From NCBI GenBank assembly GCA_963779755.1, contig CAVZZO010000003.1:1376001-1440000 (forward strand): a stretch of 64,000 bases of DNA. Reading direction: 5' to 3'. Under the pieces are notes generated by a model that did no database searches, was not told the DNA's origin, and worked only from the letters and a program-made list of their open reading frames with translations. A program made the position numbers and the translations under genes. The stretch's first letter is position 1. Every line of letters begins with the position of its first letter. Below, piece by piece: positions 20,081 through 28,716 of this stretch. Source of the stretch: an uncultured Gemmatimonadales bacterium. Its GTDB lineage: Bacteria > Gemmatimonadota > Gemmatimonadetes > Gemmatimonadales > GWC2-71-9.

Positions 20081-20765
20081 GGACTGGGGACTGGGGACTG
20101 GGGACTGGGGAGTGAGGAGTGAGGAGTGAGGAGTGAGGACAGACTCCACCCGAAGCCGATGGCTCCCGGAGCGGGCGTAGGTGCCCAGGCACAGCGGGGA
20201 ACCAACCCCCTGTTAGCATCTCCAGCCCGCGGAGGGAGCCACGGCGAGGGTGGGCGATGGACTGAGGAATGAGGACTGAGGACTGAGGACTGAGTCCACC
20301 CGAAGCCGATGGCTCCCGGAGCGGGCGTAGGTGCCCCTGCACAGTGGGGAGCCAATCCCCTGTTAGCACCTCCAGGCCGCGGAGGGAGCCACGACGAGGG
20401 TGGGCGATGGACTCAGGAATGAGGACTGAGGACTGAGGACTGAGGACTGAGGACTGAGTCCACCCGAAGCCGATGGCTCCCGGAGCGGGCGTAGGTGCCC
20501 ATGCACAGTGGGGAGCCAATCCCCTGTTAGCACCTCCAGGCCGCGGAGGGAGCCACGGCGAGGGTGGGCGATGGACTGAGGAATGAGGACTGAGGACTGA
20601 GGACTGAGTCCACCCGAAGCCGATGGCTCCCGGAGCGGGCGTAGGTGCCCAGGCACAGCGGGGAACCAACCCCCTGTTAGCATCTCCAGGCCGCGGAGGG
20701 AGCCACGGCGAGGGTGGACGATGGACTGAGGACTGAGGACTGAGGACTGAGGACTGAGGACTGAG
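20062..20765 (+). repeat. Array of four 117-nt structured units joined by (CTGAGGA)n linkers
   Basis: Units 20145-20261, 20295-20411, 20459-20575, 20609-20725; periods 150, 164, 150; heptamer tracts flank both ends. Confidence 0.95.
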
Positions 20766-20865
20766 CGGAAAAGTAGTGCCGGCGCAGGCACCACCGAACC
20801 GGGCGAATCGGATCGGTGCTGCCGGAACCGGGAACCGGACCCGTCAGCCAAACGCCGGGAGCTTC

Positions 20866-21330
20866 ATGAGGTACTTCCAGACCTGCCTGCTTCTCCTGTT
20901 GGCCGCCGCCTGTAGCGGGGAACGCGGGCGCGCCCGGCCGCCCGCCCAGGCCGGGGCCACGGCTGCCCCGCCGCAGGTGCGCTACGATCAGCATGTCTTC
21001 GCCGGCGGGGTCGCACCCGCGGCGGACAGCATGTCCAATCCCTACGCCAACGATGCGTCTTCGGTCCAGGCCGGCGAGCAGCTCTTCGGCTCGATGAACT
21101 GCGACGGCTGCCATGGCGGGCCACCGACCGGCTTCGTGGGCCCCAGTCTGGTTGACGGGCGCTGGCGCTACGGCGGCGCCGACGGGGCGGTCTTCCAGTC
21201 CATCTTCTACGGCCGTCCGCGCGGCATGCCCGCCTACGGCGGCCTGCTCACCACTGAGATGATCTGGAAGCTGGTGACCTACATCAAGAGCCAGCCGGTA
21301 TCGGACGATGTGCCGACGGAAAGATGGTGA
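20866..21330 (+). CDS. Mono-haem cytochrome c lipoprotein (cytochrome cL/XoxG-like)
   Basis: Lipobox LAAAC; NPY..D....AGEQLF, CDGCH, GPSLVD..WRYG, GMPAYG. Confidence 0.88.
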   Translation: MRYFQTCLLLLLAAACSGERGRARPPAQAGATAAPPQVRYDQHVFAGGVAPAADSMSNPYANDASSVQAGEQLFGSMNCDGCHGGPPTGFVGPSLVDGRWRYGGADGAVFQSIFYGRPRGMPAYGGLLTTEMIWKLVTYIKSQPVSDDVPTERW

Positions 21331-21404
21331 ACACTGGTAAGGCGTGAGGCGTGTGCACGCCTGAGCCCTTACGCCTCACGAAAATCATCCCGAGGCCCGT
21401 ACGG

Positions 21405-21887
21405 ATGAGCCAACCTCCCATTCACCCTGAAACGGTCATCGGTCACATCCATCTCAAGGTGGCCGATCTCGACCGGGCCCTCCGGTTCTACCGTGACGTG
21501 CTCGGGTTCGAGGAGACCCAGCGCTACCCCGGCGCGGCCTTCCTCTCGGCCGGCGGCTATCACCATCATATCGGTCTCAATACCTGGGAAAGCGGAGGCG
21601 GCACGCCGCCACCGCCGGGCTCCACGGGACTCTATCATATCGCTATCCGCTACCCCAGGCGCGCCGAGCTGGCCGACGCGCTGCGGCGCCTGCGCACGGC
21701 CGGCATTCAGCTCGATGGCGCCGCCGACCACGGGGTGAGCGAGGCACTCTACCTGCGCGACCCCGACCAGAACGGCGTCGAGCTGTACTGGGACAGACCC
21801 GAGGCAGACTGGCCACGCAACCCCGACGGAACGCTGGCGATGACCACCGGAAGGCTGGACCTGGGGGCCCTGCTCGACGAGACATAA
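21405..21887 (+). CDS. VOC/glyoxalase family protein
   Basis: IGHIHLKVADL, AGGYHHHIGLNTW, DHGVSEALYLRDPDQNGVELY. Confidence 0.9.
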   Translation: MSQPPIHPETVIGHIHLKVADLDRALRFYRDVLGFEETQRYPGAAFLSAGGYHHHIGLNTWESGGGTPPPPGSTGLYHIAIRYPRRAELADALRRLRTAGIQLDGAADHGVSEALYLRDPDQNGVELYWDRPEADWPRNPDGTLAMTTGRLDLGALLDET

Positions 21888-21961
21888 GATCTGAATTGCC
21901 GCTTCGGTCTTCTTACTTCTCACATCTTACTTCTTACGCCTTACGCCTTACGCCTCACGCC

Positions 21962-22891
21962 TCACGCCTCACCTCTCGCGTCTACGCTCTCAAGAAGCCG
22001 TTGCCGGTAGTACTCCGGCTCCTCCACCACCGCATCTTCCCCGTACTGCAGCACCTGCCGTATCAGCCAGTCGGCACTGGCGACCCGGTAGGTCACCACC
22101 CAGGAACCATCCGGCTCCAGGCTGCCCTCGGGATGGCGCTCCCGGATCCAGCGGCTGATCCGGGGCGAGAAGCGAACCCGGACGGCGTCTACTCCGTCTT
22201 CCGGCTCGAGGAAGAGGCCGTCCGGTCCGGTCACCGGCTCGAAATCCGCCCGGGGTGTGAAGCGGCCGCCCGCCGGCTCGACCTCCAGGATCCGGTCCAT
22301 CCGGAACCGCCGCCAGGCCTGCGCGCGCTCACACCAGCCGATGACATAGGTCTTCCCTTCGGCGCTCACCATCTGGTGCGGCTGAATGACGCGCTCGGTG
22401 CCTTCCCCCGCGCTCAACCCGGCATAGACGATGCGCAGCCGCAAATGGTCCCGCACCGCCTGCGCCGGCAGCGGATGCTCCCCGCCGTCTCCCGACGCCA
22501 GCGACCAGCCGGCCCGGTCCGATGGATGCCCCAGCAGCGCGGCCAGTTCGGTCTGCAGCGGATGTTCCGCATGCTCCTGTCCGGCCAGGCCCAGCTGAAT
22601 CGCAAGCAGCTCGTCGGGAAAGAACCGGATGGGGCGGCGGAAGGGGCCGCCGCTGGAGACCGCAACCCGATCGCCTTCCTGCCACACGCGCAGCGACAGC
22701 AGCCACTCGGCATCGGGCGTCTCGCCCAGCAGCGTCAGGGCCCGCAGATCGGCGCTGATCTGCCCGGTCGTGGTGTCCAGGAGGCGGGCCAGCTCATTCA
22801 GGCCGATCTCGCTCCGGCCGTTCCGGTCGGCGCGGGTGAGATGGGCGACGAGCGACACGATCCGGTTCAGCTGCAGCGCGGAGTTGGTCAT
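21962..22891 (-). CDS. WYL-domain transcriptional regulator, PafC-like
   Basis: N-terminal HTH (LNELARLLDTTTGQISADL); WYL domain RVIQPH..YVIGWC...RRFRMDRI; WCX-like tail WLIRQVLQYG. Confidence 0.88.
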   Translation of the reverse strand: MTNSALQLNRIVSLVAHLTRADRNGRSEIGLNELARLLDTTTGQISADLRALTLLGETPDAEWLLSLRVWQEGDRVAVSSGGPFRRPIRFFPDELLAIQLGLAGQEHAEHPLQTELAALLGHPSDRAGWSLASGDGGEHPLPAQAVRDHLRLRIVYAGLSAGEGTERVIQPHQMVSAEGKTYVIGWCERAQAWRRFRMDRILEVEPAGGRFTPRADFEPVTGPDGLFLEPEDGVDAVRVRFSPRISRWIRERHPEGSLEPDGSWVVTYRVASADWLIRQVLQYGEDAVVEEPEYYRQRLLESVDARGEA

Positions 22892-22904
22892 GGCGCGCTC
22901 CGCC

Positions 22905-23981
22905 TCAACTGTAAAGCGCGGCCACGCGCTGCCGCATGCCGCCGAGCTCCGCAGCCAGCGTGTGGGGCGAGACGATCCGGGCCTGCCGGCCGAAGGTCAG
23001 CAGCCAGCGAAGAAAGGGATTGGTGTCGCGCACCGCGAACTCGAGCAGCGCCCCGGCATCGTCCAGCAGCGGATCGATCACCCGGCCCAGGCCGCGGGCC
23101 TGGACCCGGCGGGAATCGGGAAAGGCGAACCGTACCCGCACCTTGACCGGCTCGTGGTCCGACAGGTCCCACGGCGGCCGATCGACGTAGCTGCGGATGG
23201 AGAACCCGGCGGGCGGCTCGAACCGGCCCGCCCGGCCGGTCAGCGCGCGCGCCCCGCGCATCCGGTCTATCCGGAAGACGCGCAGCGCGTCGCGGTTCCG
23301 CGCCCGCGCCACACAGTACCAGCGGCCCCAGTTGAAGAAGATGCCGCAGGGTTCGATCTCGCGCGTCTCCAGTTCATCGCGCCCGATGGTGTAGTACTCG
23401 CAGGAGACGGCGATCCGCTCCGCGACCGCGCGCTGCAGAACCTGCAGGGCCCTGGTGCCTTCATCCGGCAGGGGCGAGGACAGCGCGCGCTCCACGGCCG
23501 CGGCGGGAAGCGGGAGGTCGAACTCGAGTTTGCGCCGCGCGCTGGCGGCGGCGCGGGAAAAGGGCGGCACGCCCATGGCCGCGACGCGGGCAGTCGCCTC
23601 GTCCAGAGCACGAAGCTCATCCGGCGACACGACAATGCGGTGCAAACCGCGATAGGGCAGCTCCCGTCCGCTGCCGGCCGGCTCCAGCTCGAGGTAGGGA
23701 GCGTAGAACCCGCGGGGCAGGAGGCGATAGCCCTGGGCCGGCTCGTCGCCGGGGGCATCCGGCATCGGCACCGTTTCGATTTCGATGCCGAGGCCGCGAA
23801 GTTCGTCCTTGTCCCGTTCGAAGGCGCGGCGGGCCGACTCCTGCGCCGTGGCGTCGGCGCCGGCGGGATCGTCCAGATACCCCCGTACCCTGGCAAAGAT
23901 GTCCTCCCGCGTCACCGGATAACGGTGCTGCAGGAGATAGGCGATGAGATCGAGCCAGCGTGCGGTCTTGGCGGTGCTCAC
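22905..23981 (-). CDS. WYL-domain transcriptional regulator, PafB-like
   Basis: KTARWLDLIAYLL, RRAFERDKDELRGLGIEI, REIEP..WYCVA..RVFRIDRM, WLLTFG..ARIVSP. Confidence 0.9.
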   Translation of the reverse strand: MSTAKTARWLDLIAYLLQHRYPVTREDIFARVRGYLDDPAGADATAQESARRAFERDKDELRGLGIEIETVPMPDAPGDEPAQGYRLLPRGFYAPYLELEPAGSGRELPYRGLHRIVVSPDELRALDEATARVAAMGVPPFSRAAASARRKLEFDLPLPAAAVERALSSPLPDEGTRALQVLQRAVAERIAVSCEYYTIGRDELETREIEPCGIFFNWGRWYCVARARNRDALRVFRIDRMRGARALTGRAGRFEPPAGFSIRSYVDRPPWDLSDHEPVKVRVRFAFPDSRRVQARGLGRVIDPLLDDAGALLEFAVRDTNPFLRWLLTFGRQARIVSPHTLAAELGGMRQRVAALYS

Positions 23982-23989
23982 GGAGAGAT

Positions 23990-24011
23990 AAGGTACCGCC
24001 GGGGTGGGACA
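23990..24011 (-). promoter_or_regulatory. Candidate PafBC-type promoter TGTCCC-N10-TACCTT
   Basis: Minus strand TGTCCC (24011-24006), 10 nt, TACCTT (23995-23990), then 8 nt to the GTG start. Confidence 0.55.
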
Positions 24012-24072
24012 GCGCTAGGGGGCCAAAGAACTGAGGAGAAGCGTGAGGATAGCACCGAGGACCCAAGCCAGG

Positions 24073-24153
24073 TGTCACCCTGAGGGAGCGCAGCGACCGA
24101 AGGGGCCGAAATCCGGGGAGGGCTTCGGCCCCTTCGCTCCGCTCAGGGTGACA
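24073..24153. repeat. Complete T-type inverted repeat doublet
   Basis: TGTCACCCTGAG...GAAGGGGCCGAA / TTCGGCCCCTTCG...CTCAGGGTGACA. Confidence 0.88.
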
Positions 24154-24187
24154 ATCGAATCCACTCAGTCCTCAGTCTCGTTCTCTC

Positions 24188-26251
24188 CTACCTGTCCCAC
24201 GCCTCCCGCATCCGCTGAATCAGGTCCCGCATTTCCGCGCGCACCCGGACCTTGAGGGATCCGATGCTGATGGTCCAGTCGCCGCCCTGGTGGAGGTTGC
24301 AGCGTTCCGTCGGTTCGGTGCCCGCGCGAAACCATTCCCGCCGGGTGGTGGGGCAGTACCAGCCCGCCAGCATGCCCGACTCCGGGTCGATGTCCGCTTC
24401 CACCACGCCCTCCGGCGGCACCCAGTCCGCGTCCGAGTCGTGCCAGCCATGGCGGTAGAACGAAGCCCAGGCCGGCGCGGCGAGCCGCCCGCCTGAAGCG
24501 CCCCGCCCCAGCGATTGCGGCGTATCGCGCCCGAACCAGAAGCCGGCCACCATGGTGGGCGTGTAGCCCACGAACCAGACGTCGGCACCGTTGTTGGTGG
24601 TACCGGTCTTTCCCGCCGCGGGGCCATACACGCCCAAGCGACGGATGGCGGTCCCGGTACCTTCATCCACCACCGACTGCAGCATGGAGGTCACCAGGAA
24701 GGCGGTCACCGAATCGAGCACCTGCCGGGGGCCGGCCGGCCGCCCGCGGTACACGGTATCGCCGCCCGTTTCGATGCTACGCGCAAACCAGGGCTCGACC
24801 CGCCAGCCGCCGTTGGCCAGGGGGACGTAGCCGGTCACCAGCTCGAGCGGTGTGACCTCCGCCGAACCCAGGGCCAGCGACGGCACCAGCGGCAGGCGGC
24901 TCTCGATGCCCATGCGGTGTGCCAGCTCGGCGATGGGACGAACTCCCACCGCCTGGCTCACCCGCACGGTGGCGGCATTGGCCGACAGCGCCAGCGCGTC
25001 CCGCAGCGTGACCCGGCCGGCGTAATCGCCGCCGTAGTTGGCGGGCTGCCAGGGATGTCCGTCGTTGGCGACCTCCACCGGAACATCGTCGACCAGGGTG
25101 GCGGGCGTGAGGCCGGCCTGCAGCGCGGCCGCATAGACGAAAGGCTTGAAGGCCGAGCCCGGCTGGCGCCGGGCCTGGGACGCGCGGTCGAAGCCGCTGC
25201 CCGCGACCTCGGTGCCGCCTACCGTCGCCAGCATGCCCCCGCTGGCCGGGTCGATCGCCACCATCGCGCCCTCCACGTTCCGCCCGATGGCCGCCGCACG
25301 GTCGCGAACGGCGCGTTCGGCCGCCTGCTGGGCGGCACGATCGAACGTGGTGCGCACGGTAATTTCGCCGTACCAGGGGCGGCCGTGCATCACCGAATCC
25401 ACCAGCGCGCGTGCCGCCGCCACCGCGTAACTGGGCTGTTCCGGCGGACTCCAGCCGCGCCGCGACACCCGTAGCCGCTGCTGCGACGCCTTCTCCGCCT
25501 CCCGGGCGCTGATGAACCCCTGCCGCGCCATCAGCGACAGTACCAGATCGCGCCGCGCGCGCGCCCGCTCCGGGTGAGCGCGGGGATCGTACACCGAGGG
25601 CGCCCGGGGCAGCGCCGCGAGCGTCGCCGCTTCGGCTAGCGAGAGCCGGGAAACCGGCTTGCCGAAGAACTCCCGGCTGGCCGCCTCCACCCCGTAGGTC
25701 CCATCGCCCAGGTAGATCAGGTTCAGATACAGCGAGAGGATCTGGTCCTTGCTCAGGACCTTCTCGATCCTGGGGGCCAGGTGCAGTTCGATCAGTTTCC
25801 GGCCCAACCGGGAAGCGGCGGAGCGGTCGAGAAATCCGCTCCGCACCACCTGCATGGTGAGGGTGGAAGCGCCCTCGCGCACCCCCAGCGACGATACGTC
25901 GCGCCAGAGGGCCCGGCCGATGCCGCGCCAGTCCACGCCATGATGCTGATAGAACCGCCGGTCTTCTACCGCAATGAACGCCTCCCGCACGCTCTCGGGA
26001 ATGCGGTCGAGCGGCACCACCACCCGGCGCACCGGGTTCAGGTGCCCCAGGAGGCGGTCGTGCCGGTCCAGCACCCGACCGCCCTCGGAAGGGCGGAAGG
26101 CGCGGATATCGTGAAGCGACGGACAGCCGCGAAGCCCGCAGCTGGTGCTGTAGAGTGAAGCGGAGAGAATGCCCAGCGCCGGCAGGACCACCAGCCCGGT
26201 CAGGATCCGGCGGCGATTGCGGCGAAAGAATGGGGCGAGGTGCAGCGGCAT
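24188..26251 (-). CDS. Class A penicillin-binding protein (transglycosylase/transpeptidase)
   Basis: EDRRFYQHHG, GASTLTMQ, RKLIE, RQPGSAFK (SxxK), SAN, KTGT; RBS GGAGG before ATG 26251. Confidence 0.93.
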   Translation of the reverse strand: MPLHLAPFFRRNRRRILTGLVVLPALGILSASLYSTSCGLRGCPSLHDIRAFRPSEGGRVLDRHDRLLGHLNPVRRVVVPLDRIPESVREAFIAVEDRRFYQHHGVDWRGIGRALWRDVSSLGVREGASTLTMQVVRSGFLDRSAASRLGRKLIELHLAPRIEKVLSKDQILSLYLNLIYLGDGTYGVEAASREFFGKPVSRLSLAEAATLAALPRAPSVYDPRAHPERARARRDLVLSLMARQGFISAREAEKASQQRLRVSRRGWSPPEQPSYAVAAARALVDSVMHGRPWYGEITVRTTFDRAAQQAAERAVRDRAAAIGRNVEGAMVAIDPASGGMLATVGGTEVAGSGFDRASQARRQPGSAFKPFVYAAALQAGLTPATLVDDVPVEVANDGHPWQPANYGGDYAGRVTLRDALALSANAATVRVSQAVGVRPIAELAHRMGIESRLPLVPSLALGSAEVTPLELVTGYVPLANGGWRVEPWFARSIETGGDTVYRGRPAGPRQVLDSVTAFLVTSMLQSVVDEGTGTAIRRLGVYGPAAGKTGTTNNGADVWFVGYTPTMVAGFWFGRDTPQSLGRGASGGRLAAPAWASFYRHGWHDSDADWVPPEGVVEADIDPESGMLAGWYCPTTRREWFRAGTEPTERCNLHQGGDWTISIGSLKVRVRAEMRDLIQRMREAWDR

Positions 26252-26324
26252 CCGACCTCCGGGGGGCATACCTGAGATGCCCTACGTTCCCCGGAGGATG
26301 CGTGTTTCATCCTGCACCGTACGC

Positions 26325-26522
26325 CTAATCGCGCCGGGCTACCCGGCGCTTGCGGCCCCGGCGGCGGGCGGCGGCGGCCTTGATGCGGCGGGCGGCACTG
26401 GGCTTCTCATAATGCCGGCGCCGGCGCAACTCCTTGAACAATCCGGACTTCAACAGCTTGCGGCGGAAGGCCTTGAGGGCGCGTTCCACGCTCTCCCCTT
26501 CCCGCAGATCCACCTGGGTCAT
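26325..26522 (-). CDS. rpsU: 30S ribosomal protein bS21
   Basis: ESVERALKAFRRK...KELRRRRHYEKPS, 65 aa, basic. Confidence 0.92.
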   Translation of the reverse strand: MTQVDLREGESVERALKAFRRKLLKSGLFKELRRRRHYEKPSAARRIKAAAARRRGRKRRVARRD

Positions 26523-26542
26523 GCCTGCTCCTCTCTGAAAGC

Positions 26543-26581
26543 AGAAGGCCGGCCCGCCATGCGGCGAGCCGGCCGTTCTTC
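26543..26581 (-). terminator. Hairpin between csp and rpsU (possible leaky terminator)
   Basis: GGCCGGC..CGC / GCG..GCCGGCC stem followed by TTCTGCTTT on the minus strand. Confidence 0.45.
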
Positions 26582-26597
26582 TGGAGGCCGGTAGTCC

Positions 26598-26810
26598 TTA
26601 CTGGCCGAGCTTGACGACGTTCTCCGCCGCGGGGCCCTTGGCGCCCTGGACGATGTCGAACTCGACCCGCTCACCCTCGCTGAGGCTCTTGAAGCCGTTC
26701 GCCTGGATGGACGAGTGATGGACAAAGCAGTCCTTCTGGCCGCCTTCGGGGGTGATGAAACCAAAGCCCTTGGCGTCGTTGAACCACTTCACCGTGCCGG
26801 TGGTACGCAT
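26598..26810 (-). CDS. Cold-shock protein
   Basis: [15 protein letters not shown] (RNP1), CFVHHS (RNP2), [10 protein letters not shown]. Confidence 0.96.
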   Translation of the reverse strand: MRTTGTVKWFNDAKGFGFITPEGGQKDCFVHHSSIQANGFKSLSEGERVEFDIVQGAKGPAAENVVKLGQ

Positions 26811-27029
26811 GTTCCTGCTCCTGTGCTGTGGTAATCGGGTGCCGGACATGCCGTACGACCGACTACGCAATGTGCGTGAATCAGACCCTCACGCCGGGCT
26901 CGGCCGCCGGTGCGCTTGCATGCGCAACTTCAGAGACGACGGCCGAAGATCAAATGGGGACCGGCTACCAAGGCCGGCCCCCAGTAAACGCTACTCGGAT
27001 TGGGAAAAATGCTCCCAACGCAGAATATG

Positions 27030-27058
27030 AAGATAGGGGCGAAGCGCCGTTTTGGCAA
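27030..27058 (-). promoter_or_regulatory. sigma70-like promoter of csp (TTGCCA-N17-TATCTT)
   Basis: Minus strand hexamers at 27058-27053 and 27035-27030. Confidence 0.65.
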
Positions 27059-27174
27059 GCCTGCCATGGGCCTTACCCCGCCGTCCCGCACCCGGGGGAT
27101 CCCCTGTCGGCTCCGGGGATCCCCTGTCCCCCTTCCCGGTCGGGAAGGGGGCCCCGGGCCACGCCTCCACATGC

Positions 27175-28551
27175 CTAGGGATTATCGATCGGCAGCCCGC
27201 TCGGCACCCATGCCGGCACCGGACTGGGGTGGTGCCGCGGATCGTCCGTCAGGGCGGTCATGAAGTCGGCCAGGTGATCCACGATGGAATCCGGAATGAC
27301 GACGCCGTTGATGATGGTATCGCGGGTACTGAGAATCTCGGCGGCCGTGGGGAGCAGGGTGTTCTGGAGCAACGGCTCCAACTGCCCCGGGTCGTAGTTC
27401 TGGAGCTGCACGTCGGACTGGCTGTAGTGGGCGATGAAGTCGCGCAGCTGGGGGAATGCTCCGTCGTGCCCGTAGGGGCCCGTGAGCATCACGTTGCGCA
27501 GCGGGGTGGTGCGGAAGGTATAGCGCATCGCGGCTTCGTTGTTCACCATGGCCCGTCCATAGTCGTCTCTCCCGCCCGCGCCCACGCCCTTTCCCGGGCC
27601 AAACTGCGCGATGGCGACGTTATGGAACTGATTGTCGCTGAACGCGGGGCCGTTGTGGCAGATGGAGCACTTGAGTTTCATGAAGTCGCGCGCACCCACC
27701 AGCTGCGCCTGGGTCAGGGCCTGGTTGTTGCCGGCCAGGAAGCGATCCCAGCGCGATTGGTTGAAGTTGAACCTGTCCACCAGGAAGCCGGCGATGGCAT
27801 TGCTGGCATACGCGAAATCCATGTCCTTGAACTTCACGCGGGGGTAGGCGGCCTCGAACATCCGCACATACTGCGGAATGGCCCCCAGCCGCTTCATCTC
27901 CATGGCCCAGATGCTGTCCATCATCGCATCGGGAATGGCGGCCAGCTCGTTTCCGTCGAAGCCCCGCATCTCGTCACGGGCGAGCACGGGGAACATCGGC
28001 TGGGCCGACAGCGCGCCGAACTCGAACACCCGCTTCATTGCCGGCGTCAGTGCCTGCCCGGCCGGAGTGAAGACGTGTCCCGTGGAGTCCTGATACACCC
28101 GCCCGTCCCAGAAGAAGCTCGTCAGGGCGGTCAGGTTATAGAGGGGCGGCGCGTTGCGCGGAATGAACCGGTTCTCCGGGTGTACCCGATTCGGGCCGAG
28201 TCCGGTTGCCCCTTCGCCGATGGACAGACTCCGGGTGTCGCCCGTGCCGTAGGCCGGCAGGTGACAGGTCATGCACGAGATGTCGTGGTTACCCGAGAGG
28301 ATCTTGTCGAAGGCCAGGGCCCGGCCCAGCCGCACCAGGGCCGCCCGCACCGGGGGAGGCGACTGGAGCGGGCCGATACCCCGGGCGGCCGCGAGGATCC
28401 GAACGCTGTCGGCCAGGCTGGTTATCGCGGCCTCGTTGAGCACGGAACCCGGTTCCGGTGAGCTGGGGCCGTCGATGCCGCAACCGGCCAGGAACAGGCC
28501 CGAGGCCAGCACGGCCAGCACGGCTCGGCGGGAGATGGGGGATACTCGCAT
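27175..28551 (-). CDS. Di-haem cytochrome c peroxidase/MauG family lipoprotein
   Basis: SRRAVL..FLAGC signal; LAFDKILSGNHDISCMTCH, RNAPPL, FWDGR, CSICH, FRTTPLRNV..TGPYGHDG. Confidence 0.9.
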   Translation of the reverse strand: MRVSPISRRAVLAVLASGLFLAGCGIDGPSSPEPGSVLNEAAITSLADSVRILAAARGIGPLQSPPPVRAALVRLGRALAFDKILSGNHDISCMTCHLPAYGTGDTRSLSIGEGATGLGPNRVHPENRFIPRNAPPLYNLTALTSFFWDGRVYQDSTGHVFTPAGQALTPAMKRVFEFGALSAQPMFPVLARDEMRGFDGNELAAIPDAMMDSIWAMEMKRLGAIPQYVRMFEAAYPRVKFKDMDFAYASNAIAGFLVDRFNFNQSRWDRFLAGNNQALTQAQLVGARDFMKLKCSICHNGPAFSDNQFHNVAIAQFGPGKGVGAGGRDDYGRAMVNNEAAMRYTFRTTPLRNVMLTGPYGHDGAFPQLRDFIAHYSQSDVQLQNYDPGQLEPLLQNTLLPTAAEILSTRDTIINGVVIPDSIVDHLADFMTALTDDPRHHPSPVPAWVPSGLPIDNP

Positions 28552-28716
28552 GGTCTTGGGGGGCGCCAGGCGCGGTATAGGGGAGTCCGCCCGAACCAGA
28601 GCGGCTGGGCGGACCGATATCTGGTAATCGGAATCGGCCGGCCGGAGGGGACACGGCTTCCTCCAACCGGCTCCGGGCGATAATGTGGGGGAATCACGTC
28701 CGCAGGATACCGACCG

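Noticed and set aside
20062..20765. CRISPR array or coding repeat (ORFs 19881-20669, 19921-20355, 20363-20851)
   Set aside because: The unit is 117 nt with microsatellite linkers; the ORFs are low-complexity translations of the repeat.
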